Assembly: GCF_009914755.1 (NCBI RefSeq) | Contig: NC_060933.1 | Reading direction: 5' to 3' (one strand) | DNA length: 64,000 nt | Origin: the human T2T-CHM13v2.0 reference genome, Homo sapiens | Part shown: positions 26,101-38,530 of the stretch, piece by piece | Layout of the letters: the number at the start of each line of letters is the position of its first letter | Numbering within the stretch: position 1 is the stretch's first letter | The notes under the pieces: model-generated | What the model was told of the DNA's origin: nothing | Seen by the model: the letters and a program-made list of their open reading frames with translations, nothing else | The model's database searches: none | Translations under genes and position numbers: made by a program

Positions 26101-27374
26101 AGAATTTTTTCTTTCCCTTCAGACTATGAATTAAGGAATCTCTCTAATCAGCATTAAAACGCAGAGCTCTCAAGGCAAATCTTGAAAAAGATAAACCAAC
26201 AGTACTCCAGAAGAGATTAAAATTTTAAATGTAGCCACAACTTGGTGTAGAGCTTGGACTATAATCATAGGATGTAAACACTTTTTTAAATTCTCCAAGA
26301 GATTAGGAATGAAGAGACAAAGCCAGAAAAACCATCCTCACGCCACAATACCAAAGCAATTATCAAACATTATCTTCATTGATGATTCATCTTGACTAAC
26401 CACATGCTTGCTGACTAGCTTGGTATCCATCAAATCTTCTTTTACAATGCATAACATCCCATTATATGTGGTTAAATGTGGTTGTCCTATTTAGAGCTAG
26501 TCTAACCAGTATTACTAAGAGATAACAAATGTTGAATGATAATCCCATATTTTACCAGCAGGGTAAGGAAAAAATTCATACTAAGGAAATATAAATTGAA
26601 CTTTTATTAAAATTGTTAAAATACTATTATAAGCCCCTATTTCAGCTATGGAAAGATAGTACCTTAAAACAATCAACTTCACTCCTCATTTAGAATATCA
26701 AATAACTCCTGAAGTTAATTCCATCCTATTTAGAGTTGAAAAATAATATTTCCCCACAAGAACTTGTTCTTTTTGCATTAGGTGATTGTGAGATAAATAG
26801 GACTCTACTGATTAACGTAAAGAGTGTGAAGATAGCTTTACAATTAAGTTAATAATTTTATATAGCGAACATAACTTCACAAGAAAAATGTTAGAACTTT
26901 TAATCCTTGAGTCAACAGAGACGATTGCAATCAGCAGTTTCTTAAGAAAAATTATGGAGATGATGGATAACGTGACGTCAAAGATTTATTTTGTCATTAC
27001 TTCTCTAATTCAGTCTCAAACTCCTATTTTAAGGGAATTATAAGAATATCTTCCATATATTATTGCTTCTAAATGCCTGGGGCAAACATTTTTTCTGTAG
27101 TCAGATCTTTCCCAACAACTTAGTTTTCTCCTGATATCTTTTTCCTGACTCTCAACCACTGTGTACACAGAAAATATAGGAAACTTGTAATAAATGAATA
27201 AATTCTCACTTCAGAAACTTAACTTTGCTGGGAAAATACATAATAATTATTCAGTCAAGTTTAAATTATTATTTGATATATCTTCTTTTTTGGGTGACTG
27301 CTACAAAGATGATTACATGAAAAGGGACACAACTGTGGACTTTTGATTGGCTATTTTTATTGAACCTTGAAAAT

Positions 27375-28760
27375 TTAATTCAACACATCATGGTGGATTA
27401 CCTGCTATCTGTTGGAAGCTTTTATAAGTATTTTGGATAAATAAGTGAAGACACATACAAATAGGAATTTCTTGCCATATCCAAGTGAGGAGATAGAAAA
27501 CAAACAATAAACAGAATAAGAAAAATATAAAATAGGCAAGAAAATGAAAAGTGCTACATATAAGAAAAGGAAAACAGAGAATGGGGAATCAAGAGTGGGG
27601 CAGGTTGGAAAAATAAGATGCATGTTGTCGTATGAAATAGAGTGGGCTGGCCAGGCTTTATTGAAAAAGTGAAATTTAAGCAAAGACTTGAAAGAGATTT
27701 TGGAGTTACCTAAATGAGCATATTTGAGGAAAGAACTTTTCAGGGGGAGGAAATAGCTAAAGCAATAGATGAAGAAAGGTGAATAAAATAGGAATGATGA
27801 GGATGTTTGGGGGTTTCTGGCAATGGTGGAGTAAGTGAGAGACCCATAGGCAAGGTCAGAGTGGTATTGGTGGGGTTTGCAGAGTATCACGCAGGGTCTT
27901 TGGGCATATTCAAGGACTCTCCCTTTTTCTCCAAGTACAATAGGAAGTCGTTTCAGAGTCTAGAGCAGAGGCGTGCTATGACATGACTCACATCTTCAGA
28001 AGAGCACTTGAGCTCTTGAGAAGAGACTGCTGGGAAACAAGTGTAGAACCAGGGAGCCTAGTTGAATGAATATTGCGGTCACCCAGGTGAGAAATAATAA
28101 TGGCTTAAAACAGAGTGATAGCCAAGGAGTTGGTGAGAAGTGATCAAATACAGGACATATTTTAAAGAAAGACCCAACAGAATTTTGTAATGGGAGATGA
28201 TGCAAAGGTCTTGAACAATCAGAATGTAGTTGCCATCGGCTGAGTTGGATAAGGCTATGCTCAGTTTGGAGGGCACAGATGAGGCCGTCATATTAAGGAA
28301 GATGGAGTAAGCAAGCCTGTGAAATGGTACTGTGAGGTTAAGTAACATGAGAACCAAAAATTGACCATTTAGCCTAGTGATGTGAAGGTTATAGGTAAGC
28401 TCAACAGTATCATTTTTTTGTGGAGTAGTGGGAGTAAAAGCTCAAATTGAGTGGATTTCAGAGATGATTGATAGGAAAAGAGAACTTGGAGACAATACAT
28501 CTGCATATCTCTTCTGAAGACCTTTACAGTGAAGGAGAGCAAAGAAATGTGATGGTAGTCATTAGGGGAGAGGTGGTTAAGAGACATTCTTATTTAAGAT
28601 GAGAGCAATGATAGCATGAAAATAATAGAGAAGAGGGGATAATTTATGAACCCGTCTGAGTGGACATAAGGAGGTTGATATCTAGTGCACAAGTTGAAGA
28701 ACTGCATTTGGATAGGAAGATGGAAGGAAAAGCACACAGAGACAGCTCTGGTGGATGGGA
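27375..28760 (-). mobile_element. L2 (L2a-like)
   Basis: Purine-rich antisense L2 pattern: GGCCAGGCTTTATTGAAAAAGTGAAATTTAAGCAAAGACTTGAA and GGTGAGAAGTGATCAAATACAGGACATATTTT. Confidence 0.8.
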
Positions 28761-28878
28761 ATATGGCAGTAGAAGCCTACAGAAATTCTCTTAGAATTGA
28801 TTTAAATGCTCTAGGGCTGAGAATAAAGGTGAAAAGGGAGGTTTTGAGACAAAAGCATAAGGTATTAGTTTTTGAAGA

Positions 28879-29190
28879 GACTGGGTGCAATGGCTCATGC
28901 CTGTAATTCCAACACTTTGGGAGGTTGAGGTGGGAGGATCACTTGAAGCCGAGAATTTGAGATCAGCCTGGGCAATATAGCAAGATCTAATCTCTACAAA
29001 ATTAAAAGTTAAAAAAAATAGCTGAGCATGGTGGCATGCACCTGTAGTACCAGTTACTTGGGAGGCTGAGGCAGGAGAATTGCTTGAGCTTAGAAGTTCA
29101 GGGTTACAATGAGCCATCCGTGATCACACTGCTGCACTCCAGCCTGGGGAAAAGAGTGAGATCCTGTCTCTAAAAAAACATAACATAAAT
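28879..29190 (+). mobile_element. AluJ
   Basis: Dimer with J-type GGGAGGATCACTTGAAGCC and CCTGGGCAATATAGCAAGA. Confidence 0.92.
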
Positions 29191-29319
29191 GAACTAGAGA
29201 TTTGTCTTAGTGCCTGGCAAACTGGTTTGAACAGAACTGAAAAAGTGCCTCCAGTTTAAGAAAATCTTCAAGATTAGAGAGTTATAAGAAGCCTAACTCT
29301 ACTATAAAATTAGAGACTG

Positions 29320-30400
29320 TTTTATTTTTTGTTTCAGTTTTATAATAGAATATGTCAAAAATATAAAAAGTAGAGTAACTAATATAATGAATGGTTATGC
29401 ATTGATCACTCAGCTTTAATAATTATCAACTCAAGGCTAATTGTGGTTCATTATACAACTATACCCTCTTTTTTTCATTGAATATTTTAAAACAATCAAT
29501 ATATATAATCTTTTAACCTATCATTTTATTTAAGCTGCAAACATTTCAAGATGTATCTCTAGATGACAGGCACTCATTTTTATAAATATGCCACTATGAT
29601 ACCTAAAATATAATAACAATGATTCTTTATCATTGATTTACTGCTCATTGTTCACATTGTACCAATTTGTTTGCTTCAGTGGGGATCCAATTAAGATCAC
29701 AGCTTTGCCATTGAATGATTTTTTAATATATCTTTAATTCTATAGTTTGCCATCCATCTTATTATATTTCTTTGCAATTTGTTTCTATTATTGTTAAAGA
29801 AACTGGATTAGTTTGTCACGCTCTGAAATTTGCTGATCACTGCATGTTCATGGTGGGTTTCATATCTTCTTCTGTTTCCTTTATTTTTTATAAATTGATG
29901 GGTAGATCTGGTGGTTCGATCATATTTTGGTTTATTTGAGTAATTTGTTTTCATAGGTGGTGTTGTATAACCAAATCAGGATTTGCATATCAGTGGTCTC
30001 TCATTTTGTTATTTTTTTTCCAGCAATTTGTGATAATTGCCTAGATCTGTTAACTTTATAGGAGTTATAAAATCTTGACATTCCACTACTTATTTCTCAT
30101 GTATTAACTGAAATAATCCCAGAGCAAAATGTAACCTACATTATAAACTAGTTTCTCATCCTGAAGTATAGTTCATTCAGAAAAAGTTGAAAAAAAATCT
30201 TGACTATTTTTTATTATATGGGAGTTTTCAAAATAATAAGTTGGTTCCTTAGTATCCTCAAAGGTCACCTACCAATGTTGATTTTAATACTGTTATAAAC
30301 AAATGGATGTAAATAAATATGATGGATTTCAACCCATTACATTATTTTTAATGATTCCCAAATTTCCCCTCTGACTAAGGCTGTTCAAATTGATTCTGAG
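29320..30400 (-). mobile_element. L1MC4/5-like 3'UTR
   Basis: TCACTCAGCTTTAATAATTATCAACTCAAGGCTAAT, GGATCCAATTAAGATCAC and GAAACTGGATTAGTTTGTC. Confidence 0.65.
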
Positions 30401-30567
30401 TCTTATTAACCTAATTTTTTACTGAATCACAATAATTTTCAAACATTGAAAGAATAACTTCTCAAAATTTTGTGCTATTCACTTTGTAATAGCTACAAAT
30501 ATGGCACATTTTTAGTTTAATCAGCATGATTAACAAACACTTTTCTATTGCTTTCTTTGGTTTAGAC

Positions 30568-30775
30568 CAGCCATAGGCAAACTATGGCCAGTGGGCTGAC
30601 CACTTGGTTTGAAAATGCAGTTTACTGGAACACGGTCATGCCTGTTTATTTATGTATTGCCTACGACTGCTTTCACTCAACAGCAATACAGTAGTTGTAA
30701 TAAAGACCAACTGCATAGTCATCAAGCCTTAAATATTTACTATCTAGTACTTTACAGAAAGTTTGCTAGCTCATA
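30568..30775 (+). mobile_element. MER58A (hAT-Charlie)
   Basis: GGCAAACTATGGCCAGTGGGC...TTTACTGGAACAC...AAATATTTACTATCT...TTTACAGAAAGTTTGC; 8-bp TSD GTTTAGAC/ATCTAGAC. Confidence 0.88.
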
Positions 30776-31025
30776 ATCTAGACAATCAACATAATAAATC
30801 ATGCCTTTATTATTTCCAATTTCTGTGATGTAAACACGTTATGCCAATTACAAATCACTAACATAATATCACTGAAGGCAGAGTTGGGAAGAAATGCACA
30901 TCAACATATCATTATATACTGTTTTCAACATATAGATACAAATGGCATAAATGACTTCAAGAACATAGATGAAAGCAAATTTAGTGAAATAATTAAGAAT
31001 TTGTGAGTATTAAAAATGTATTTTT

Positions 31026-31324
31026 GGTCAGGAGCAGTGGTTCATGCCTGTAATCCCCGCACTTTTGGAGGCTAAGACAGGCTTGAGCCCAGAAGTTTGT
31101 GACTGGCCTGGGCAACATGGAAAAACCCTGTCTGTACTAAAAATACAAAAATTAGCTGGGCATAGTGGTGTCTGCCTATAGTCCCTGCTACCTTGGAGGC
31201 TGAGGTGGGAGGATTTCCTGAGTCTGGGAGGTTGAAGCTGCAATGAGCTGTGATTGCACTACTGCACTTCAGACTGTGACAGAGTGAGACTTTGTCTCAA
31301 ACAAAACAAACAACAACAAAAACA
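31026..31324 (+). mobile_element. AluJ
   Basis: Dimer with J-type right arm (GGTGGGAGGATT...GAAGCTGCAATGAGCTGTGATTG). Confidence 0.9.
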
Positions 31325-31641
31325 GCTGGGCAAGGTGGCTCAAGCCTGTAATCTCACCATTTTGGGAGGTCAAGGCAGGTGGATCACCTGAGGTCAGGAG
31401 TTCGAGACCAGCCTGGCCAACATAATGAAACCCCATCTCTACTAAAAATACAAAAAATTAGCTGGGCGTGGTGGCGGGTGCCTATAATCCCAGCTACTTG
31501 GGAGACTGAGGCACGAGAATTGCTTGAGGTGGAGGTTGCAGTGAGCCAAGCTTGCCCCCATTGCACTCCAGCCTGGGCAACAGAGTGAGACTCCATCTCA
31601 AAAAAACAAAAAACAAACAAAAAAACCCAAACAAACAAAAA
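31325..31641 (+). mobile_element. AluSx-like, in the tail of the preceding AluJ
   Basis: GGATCACCTGAGGTCAGGAGTTCGAGACCAGCCTGGCCAAC. Confidence 0.92.
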
Positions 31642-31814
31642 GAACGTATTATTTTTATTTTAAAGACCATTTACTGTTACAAGTTTCTACAATTGAATGT
31701 TTAATAAGGGCTGTGTTTAATAACCTGCTCACAATAGTGCTGATAATTTAGCAATCAGTTCTCACAAGTTAATGCAAGCTGGTTCCAATGAACCACTTCT
31801 TATATTCCCACTAG

Positions 31815-32132
<318 letters not shown>

Positions 32133-33971
32133 TAGTTTTGATTTTGAGCCCTGAGTAGAGACACAGCCATTATCTTATTGGTAGAGTTGGCTGGGAAGTT
32201 AGCTATGAATTAATAGCCTCAAATATTAAGCCTTACATAGAAAGACTTTAAAGAAAAGACTTACTAAATACCTTGGTATGATTAAATATTAAAACTAAAT
32301 ATAATCATAAAAGTGACTCTTGTAGAAGAAAATCAATTTAGCTAAATCTAAAGAGTGTTTAGGAATTGAGGACACTATTTGAAAAGGAGGCACTAGTAAA
32401 TTTAAGACAAAAACAACATGTATTTGACCTTCGAAATGCTGGCTTTATCAGCTGCTTACCATATGTACTTCACCAAGTCCAATCATAAGTGGCTTCCTAG
32501 GGTCAGAGTGGACACTATGGGGACATGAGTGTGTTATTCTCACCTTTGGCCAAAATGACAAACATTAATGATTTATCAAAAAATTTCTACCTTTAGAGTT
32601 TGGCTACAACCTCACCATCCCTCTCAACATGGAGTTCCAAGCAAGTCACTAGCAACTGATTATAATTAAATGTGAGTTAAGCCCCAAAGCCATTTTTGAT
32701 TTAATATTTCACATATATAATATATATATTCTTATTTTCAACATGCTTCAGTGTACTTCCAGAATAACTTTTAAAATATCTTAAGCTTTCATTTCTATAA
32801 GTAGAATAATACTCAAAGTTCCTGAATTTAAAAACACCAGGCAGGTATAGACTGTAAACCTAATATTTTGGAAATGCAGAGTGTAACTGAAGCCTGCAAA
32901 AGGAAGTATTACTAAAATTTATCAGAGATTTGATTTATGAGGGGTTACGCTGAGTCTACCCAGTTATTTTTCTGCTTGTTAAACAGCACTTAAACTAAAG
33001 AAGATTTGGGCTGATAGAATTAAGGAGCTTTTTCCCTTGTTATATTGTCAGTAATATTCATCAGACAAAATGTGAGAAACGTTTCTACATTATGGCTTGT
33101 GATCCAGGAAAATCAGGGGGCAGTACCTTCATTCTGAAGTCCCAGTAAATGATCTTCTTTGATCAAAAAAGTGAGCCAGACACTAAAATATTGTCACGGA
33201 AGAACTGAAGGCAGGGAGATGCTCAAATCCTCCCAAGTCTGGCATTCAGTGCACCACCTGAAAAGAAGTTATTCAAATACAAAGGAATTACCATGTGAAT
33301 GGTGTTTCCGCACAATTTCTGCATATGCTGCCTTGCATTTTTATCAAGATGACAAACATAAACCAGCGTGAGAAAGCAGGTGCCTTTTTCCACCATATCT
33401 TTTGAACATCAGTATTTCCCAGCAGTTAACTGCATGTGATAATGGCCAGAGCACAGAAACGTATTGATTTGGATCCAAACTCTTCACCCAGAAGCAGCTT
33501 TTTGTTGTATATTTTAAGCTTGGCGCTTTTGATCCAGATTCATTAGATGGCAGATGATTTAAATAAGAAGGCAACGAGGCTGATTGAGGGGAAACTTCGT
33601 AAGATGTTGAAGTCTCAAAGAATATTTCAGCTCAGAGGGATTTCTTTCGTGGAGCCAAATTCAGATCCCACCTACAGAGTTAAAGCCATTAATTATTAAC
33701 CACAGTATTACATATTAAAATTACAAGATATCAGGTTGACAGCACATTACAACGAGCCTTCAGATTGTGATTTCCCATCCTAATGATGATGATAAGATAG
33801 GACTGAATGGCAAATTGCTATTGCTTTCAGTTGAAAATTTGAAAGAGCTGTGCCCTGATCCCTCGTTACAGAGAACTGCTATTCATTCAGCAGCACTCCT
33901 AGCAGAAATAAACCCAGGGTCTAGTGCGGTGGCGGCAGAGATGTTAATTCACAGGACAGCAAGCAGAGAGA

Positions 33972-34300
33972 AGCTGCTAAATGGCACAGTGGGTTAATGA
34001 CGCACTACAGTGCTTCACCATGGGAGACATATGGGTCGAATTCTGGCATTGTTCACAAGTGAAAATTGGTTTACCAATCTTAGCTTGGTCCCTGGTGGAC
34101 AGTTATCCTTGTCCTAGCCCTCCTCAGATGTTGTCCTAATTTTCTGCACAGGAGAGGCTCAAGTCTGCAAGAGGAGGAAAGTTACTTATAAGAGTGAAAA
34201 TGGCTTAGCAGAGTTAGAAGAGTAAATGGGCCCAATATCTTCCTTCTTTTAATTCCGGTTGCTGCCAGTATCTCATTTTCACAAGCATGAAAATCCACTC
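33972..34300 (+). mobile_element. Ancient tRNA-derived SINE (AmnSINE2/LF-SINE-like)
   Basis: Pol III A box TGGCACAGTGG (33982-33992), B-box-like GGGTCGAATTC (34033-34043), then blocks GTGAAAATTGG...CCTGGTGGACAG, CTTAGCAGAG...AATGGGCC and TTTCACAAGCATGAAAATCCACT, colinear with the recalled LF-SINE consensus. Confidence 0.7.
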
Positions 34301-35204
34301 AGGGCCGCAAAAGAAAGGCCATAAACAAGGCCAATTTCCTGTCTGCTACAACTACATCCCCAAAGAGCTAAGCAGGCTTAGCACTAATTTATTAAAAAGA
34401 GGATACTTATCTGAAACAGGCCTTGCCCTCAGTAGAGAATCTTAGGACTACCAGCTTAAGAGCAGAATAGCTTAGTCAAAAACTTATACGCATTTTAAGA
34501 AATAGTGTAAGATATAAAATAATTAATAGGATTCTATAACTCTTCTTATGCACATGTTCTTAATAGCAAGAGAATGTGTGGAATACTTTTTATAATGTAT
34601 TTGTGTATTTTACAGTACCTTTTTTTACGTTAAATAAAAGCCTTTCCTTTAACAGAAAGACATTCACTTATCTACTCTCCTATGTGAAAAACTAGTCACT
34701 GGTAATAAACATTTAAAAACTGCAAATGAAATAAAATGATGAGAGACAATGTTTAATAAAAACTTTAAAGAACTAAAATGAGAAATAAAAGGAAATTACA
34801 GAAGTGAATAACACTATCTTATTTTCTAATTCAAAAAATAACAAAGGCTATGGTGACAGAGACTAAAGCGTTGAGAGATTAATGAAATGAAAGATTTCAG
34901 AAAGTAGGAAGAAACAGCTATGGCCTATAAAAAGGAAAGAAGATTTAATAATTAATAAAAATTAAAGACAAATATCTACAAAAGATTTTTGAAAGTGACA
35001 AAGAAAAAATAAAAAACAAAATGCTGAAATAATTAGTTCTTGTGAATTTCAGGCTATTCAGATATTTTCCATCTCTACAATCATTATTTTCTGGGATTAT
35101 TTAATAGATTCTCTCATTAATTCTGCCTTCAATCACTCATTCCTTCTCATCTATCTTTTTTTAACTTTTAATTGGTTTTGAGGATAGCTAATATTCATTA
35201 TTAA

Positions 35205-35707
35205 CTCTTTTCCCGTTTAGGAAAAAAAAAAAGTACAGCTCGTTGCCAGTGATCATTTAATTTTACATAAACACACTCTTTGAGGCTGAAGCAAATCTGA
35301 CTGAGTTTCAATGTAAAACTAAAATATAAAAACTGTTGTTTTTGGAGTTATTTCTAAACAGAACAAACATCAGAATCATCAGAATCGTCTAGTTTGGAAA
35401 TATCGAGTTCATCAAATTCAGCCAACAATTGTTTGAGAATGATGTTAATATCACACATAGGAATGCTACATTTTCTAGGATTTGACGTTATCATCCCTCG
35501 AGAATTACTATATTTTGTAAGTGGAAATACGACTACTAAAAACAGAATACTGTAAATAGAATGATGTCTTTTGTTTCCAAAGTTGACATACTAGAGTGAT
35601 GTGAAAATAATTATAAAAGCCAGATATTTTGTGGCAAAGTTCTCAGGGTAAATGATGCAGCCACAAGCACTGTTGGTGGGTATTCTTGGGGCAAAAAGGG
35701 AAAAAGG
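35205..35707 (-). mobile_element. MER75 (piggyBac non-autonomous element), essentially full length
   Basis: TTAA target sites at 35201-35204 and 35708-35711; TIRs CTCTTTTCCCGTTT / AAAAAGGGAAAAAGG. Confidence 0.92.
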
Positions 35708-37008
35708 TTAAAAATGTGTACTCAGTAGCCAAACACTTTGGCAGAGGAATCAAACAGAAAGGGAGAGATTTATAAACATCACATTAAAGTAAAAAACGAG
35801 AGAAAAACTCAAATGCAAACGCATTTGTTTAAACAAATAATTTACTTATTTCACAACTCATGATCCTTAAAGATGGTAGAGGCATCCAGTCCACATTTCC
35901 CTTCTTTTGGAAATCAGTCTCATCCTCTCTAAAAATAGTCAGCTTCATGAAGCTAACGTCATCCCTTATTTACTTCCAACAAGACTCATTTGTTCATGGT
36001 CTGTTTGTCTTTCAATTCCCATTCCTCTTCCTATACCCACAGCTGATTTTCAAAATCCTCTTCTTACCTGTGTTTTGTTCTCTGTTTACATTGCCTCCAC
36101 TCTCCTGGCCTGCTCAAATCTAATTTGTCTCTATTTCCTTCCTATAAAGCTTTCATTGATACCTTTGGTCCATAGCAATCTCCTCTTCCCCTAACAATAA
36201 ATGACTGCTCCTCATTAGGAATTAGAAAGCAGCCAAATCCCTGACTTGGCATTTCCTATTTGATTTTATATGACTATGAATTTTTCAGGAGTCTTTTTCT
36301 AGTTTCTCCAAACAGATTTTAAGATTATTAAAACATGACTTTGTACATACAAGTTATTTTTCTTAAATATAGAAGTATCTGTGTGTATGTATTCCTCTTC
36401 TGACTTTACGTATTTATTTTGATATTTCAAAATACCTAACACTGCTTTACTCAGAGGAGTAGCTTAATAAATATGTTTGAATGAATGCCCACCATAAAAT
36501 AATTACAACTTATTTTTCTCTGTTAACAGATTATCCTCCCCAATTCTAATCAGCTATTTAAAACCTTCGTAAAATTTAAATGGAACACAAAGGAGAATCA
36601 TTTAATTCTTAGCTATTAAGGTGATAATGACAGATTTTGAAAGTAATGAGACAGCATTTTGATTTTAAAATACTCCATTTAATACTTTTAAAATTATGAT
36701 ATGATTCATGTGCAATTTTGGATACTTTTAAAATAAATTGTGACAAATTTGAAATTCTTTAAAATCCTTTAAGAACTTTCCTACATAGAGCATTAGATAA
36801 GGCCAGTTTTTATTTAATTTTAGGGAAAGTAGCACGTTCAATTAGAAATATTTATGTATAAAAGAACTTGCACTGCCAATTTGACTAAATATACCTAAAA
36901 TTTAAATTACTACATTGAGACTTTAAGAACCTGTAGCTCTGTCAGTGGGACTGTGGTCCACCTGCTTTCTTCTGGTACAAACGATTTTGAATAGAAAGTA
37001 ACTACGGA

Positions 37009-37326
37009 GACCAGGCGCAGTGGCTCACACCTGTAATCCCAGCACTTTGGGAGGCCGAGGCGGGTGGATCACCAGGTCAGGAGATCGAGACCATCCTGGC
37101 TAACATGGTGAAACCCCGTCTCTACTAAAAATACAAAAAACAATTAGCCAGGCGTGGTGGCGGGCGCCTGTAGTCCCAGCTACTCGGGAGGCTGAGGCAG
37201 GAGAATGGCGTGAACCAGCAGGCGGAACTTGCAGTGAGCCGAGATCGCGCCACTGCACTCCAGCCTGGGCCACACAGCAAGACTCCATCTCAAAAAAAAA
37301 AAAAAAAGAAAAAGAAAGAAAGAAAA
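37009..37326 (+). mobile_element. AluY
   Basis: GAGATCGAGACCATCCTGGCTAAC and GAATGGCGTGAACC; TSD AGAAAGTAACTAC at 36993-37005 and 37327-37339. Confidence 0.95.
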
Positions 37327-37339
37327 AGAAAGTAACTAC

Positions 37340-37450
37340 CGAGCATGGTGGCTCACACCTGTAATCCCAGCACTTTGTGAGGCTAAGGCAGGAGGATTGC
37401 TTGAGCCCAGGAGTTTGAGACCAGCCTGGGTAACACAGCAAGACCTCATC

Positions 37451-37483
<33 letters not shown>
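37340..37483 (+). mobile_element. FLAM/AluJ left monomer with A29 tail
   Basis: GGAGGATTGCTTGAGCCCAGGAGTTTGAGACCAGCCTGGGTAACACAGCAAGACC followed by 29 A. Confidence 0.9.
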
Positions 37484-37487
<4 letters not shown>

Positions 37488-37488
37488 C

Positions 37489-38017
37489 TAAAATCACCTT
37501 CACAGAGTTAACAAGAATTCTAGACAAAAATATAGTTATAATTAAGCATTAACCAAGGCTGTACTTTGACCCACTTTTTTGTAATCAAAAGTCACATAGC
37601 CCTAGATACTGACCATTTGCATCCTAATTGTTCTTATAAATAGGATTTCTGATTATAGAATCATAAGGTGTTTAAGAATTGCTTAAGCAGATTCTGAATT
37701 TCAGAGAAAGAGCTGACACTTAACCAGTTTGAAGACCCTCACAGAAGAACCGAATCAGTTTGAAAATATAGTTTCTTCATCTCCCTTTCCCAAGACTTCA
37801 CCGTGCACTTTTCAACCATTCAACAATCTCCACACTTTGGTCCACTCCAAAACCCTTAAAATCCCTAGCCTCAGACTCCTTGGGGAGATGGATATGAGGT
37901 TTCCTCCCATGTCCTCATTCAGCAGCCCTACGATTAAACCTCTTTCTCTGCTGCCACCCAGTGTCTCGGCGTATTGACTTGCTCTGCACATAGGGCAATG
38001 AACCTATTATGGTTATA
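37489..38017 (+). mobile_element. ERV1 solo LTR, LTR26-like
   Basis: AATATAGTTATAATTAAGCATTAA and CTAGATACTGACCATTTGCATCC; ATTAAA polyadenylation signal near 37933. Confidence 0.75.
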
Positions 38018-38335
38018 CGACCATAGAAAGGTAATTTTGCTGTAATAAAAGAATGGCACAAATAGCATAAGGAAGACACTCAAGGGGAAAATTTGTAACC
38101 ACTAGCAGCACAACAATCCACAAGGAGAGCACTATAGCTGGGGACAGTGGACAACAGATGAAGCCAAAGGGTACACTTAATTCTGTCTATGGACCAGCAC
38201 CTGGTCTGGATGGATGTCTTCATTCAAGAATCTATTGTCATTTAAAAAAAAAAAAACAGCAGTAACAACTATAAGACAGGCTATAAAATGTCTGCAAAAT
38301 AGAAAAAAAATTATCTGAAATGATTTTCTAGAGCC

Positions 38336-38530
38336 AAGGTTACTAGCCAGTGTACTGTGGCACACCTGGAGGCTGCAGATAGGTCCACAGGTGACTGAAA
38401 TTTAATCTTCTTAGCTCTCAAGGTAACCAGAGAGAACCTGGGGTAGCTGGGACCCATGCAGCAGTCCAATCAGTTTGCCCTGGGACATCATCAAATGTTA
38501 CCCTTTTTCTGCATGTGTAAAGAATCGTGC
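38336..38530 (+). mobile_element. MER112-like hAT-Charlie element
   Basis: CCAGTGTACTGTGGCACAC...ACAGGTG...CCTGGGGTAGCTGG...TTTTCTGCATGTGT. Confidence 0.6.

Larger units (their letters stand above)
30415..31797 (-). mobile_element. MER63 (hAT-Blackjack, long form) hosting MER58A and two Alus
   Basis: CACTGAAGGCAGAGTTGGGAAGAAATGCACA and terminal GCAAGCTGGTTCCAATGAACCACT match the reverse complement of the recalled MER63 consensus. Confidence 0.75.

Noticed and set aside
27405-27890. 161-aa hydrophobic minus-strand ORF
   Set aside because: Lies in a decayed L2; compositional artefact
33767-33997. 76-aa ORF in the candidate conserved block
   Set aside because: Non-ATG start, no recognisable domain or convincing splice sites; it runs into the SINE head
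33975-34050. Possible tRNA gene (A and B boxes)
   Set aside because: No convincing cloverleaf, and the downstream sequence continues as a SINE body
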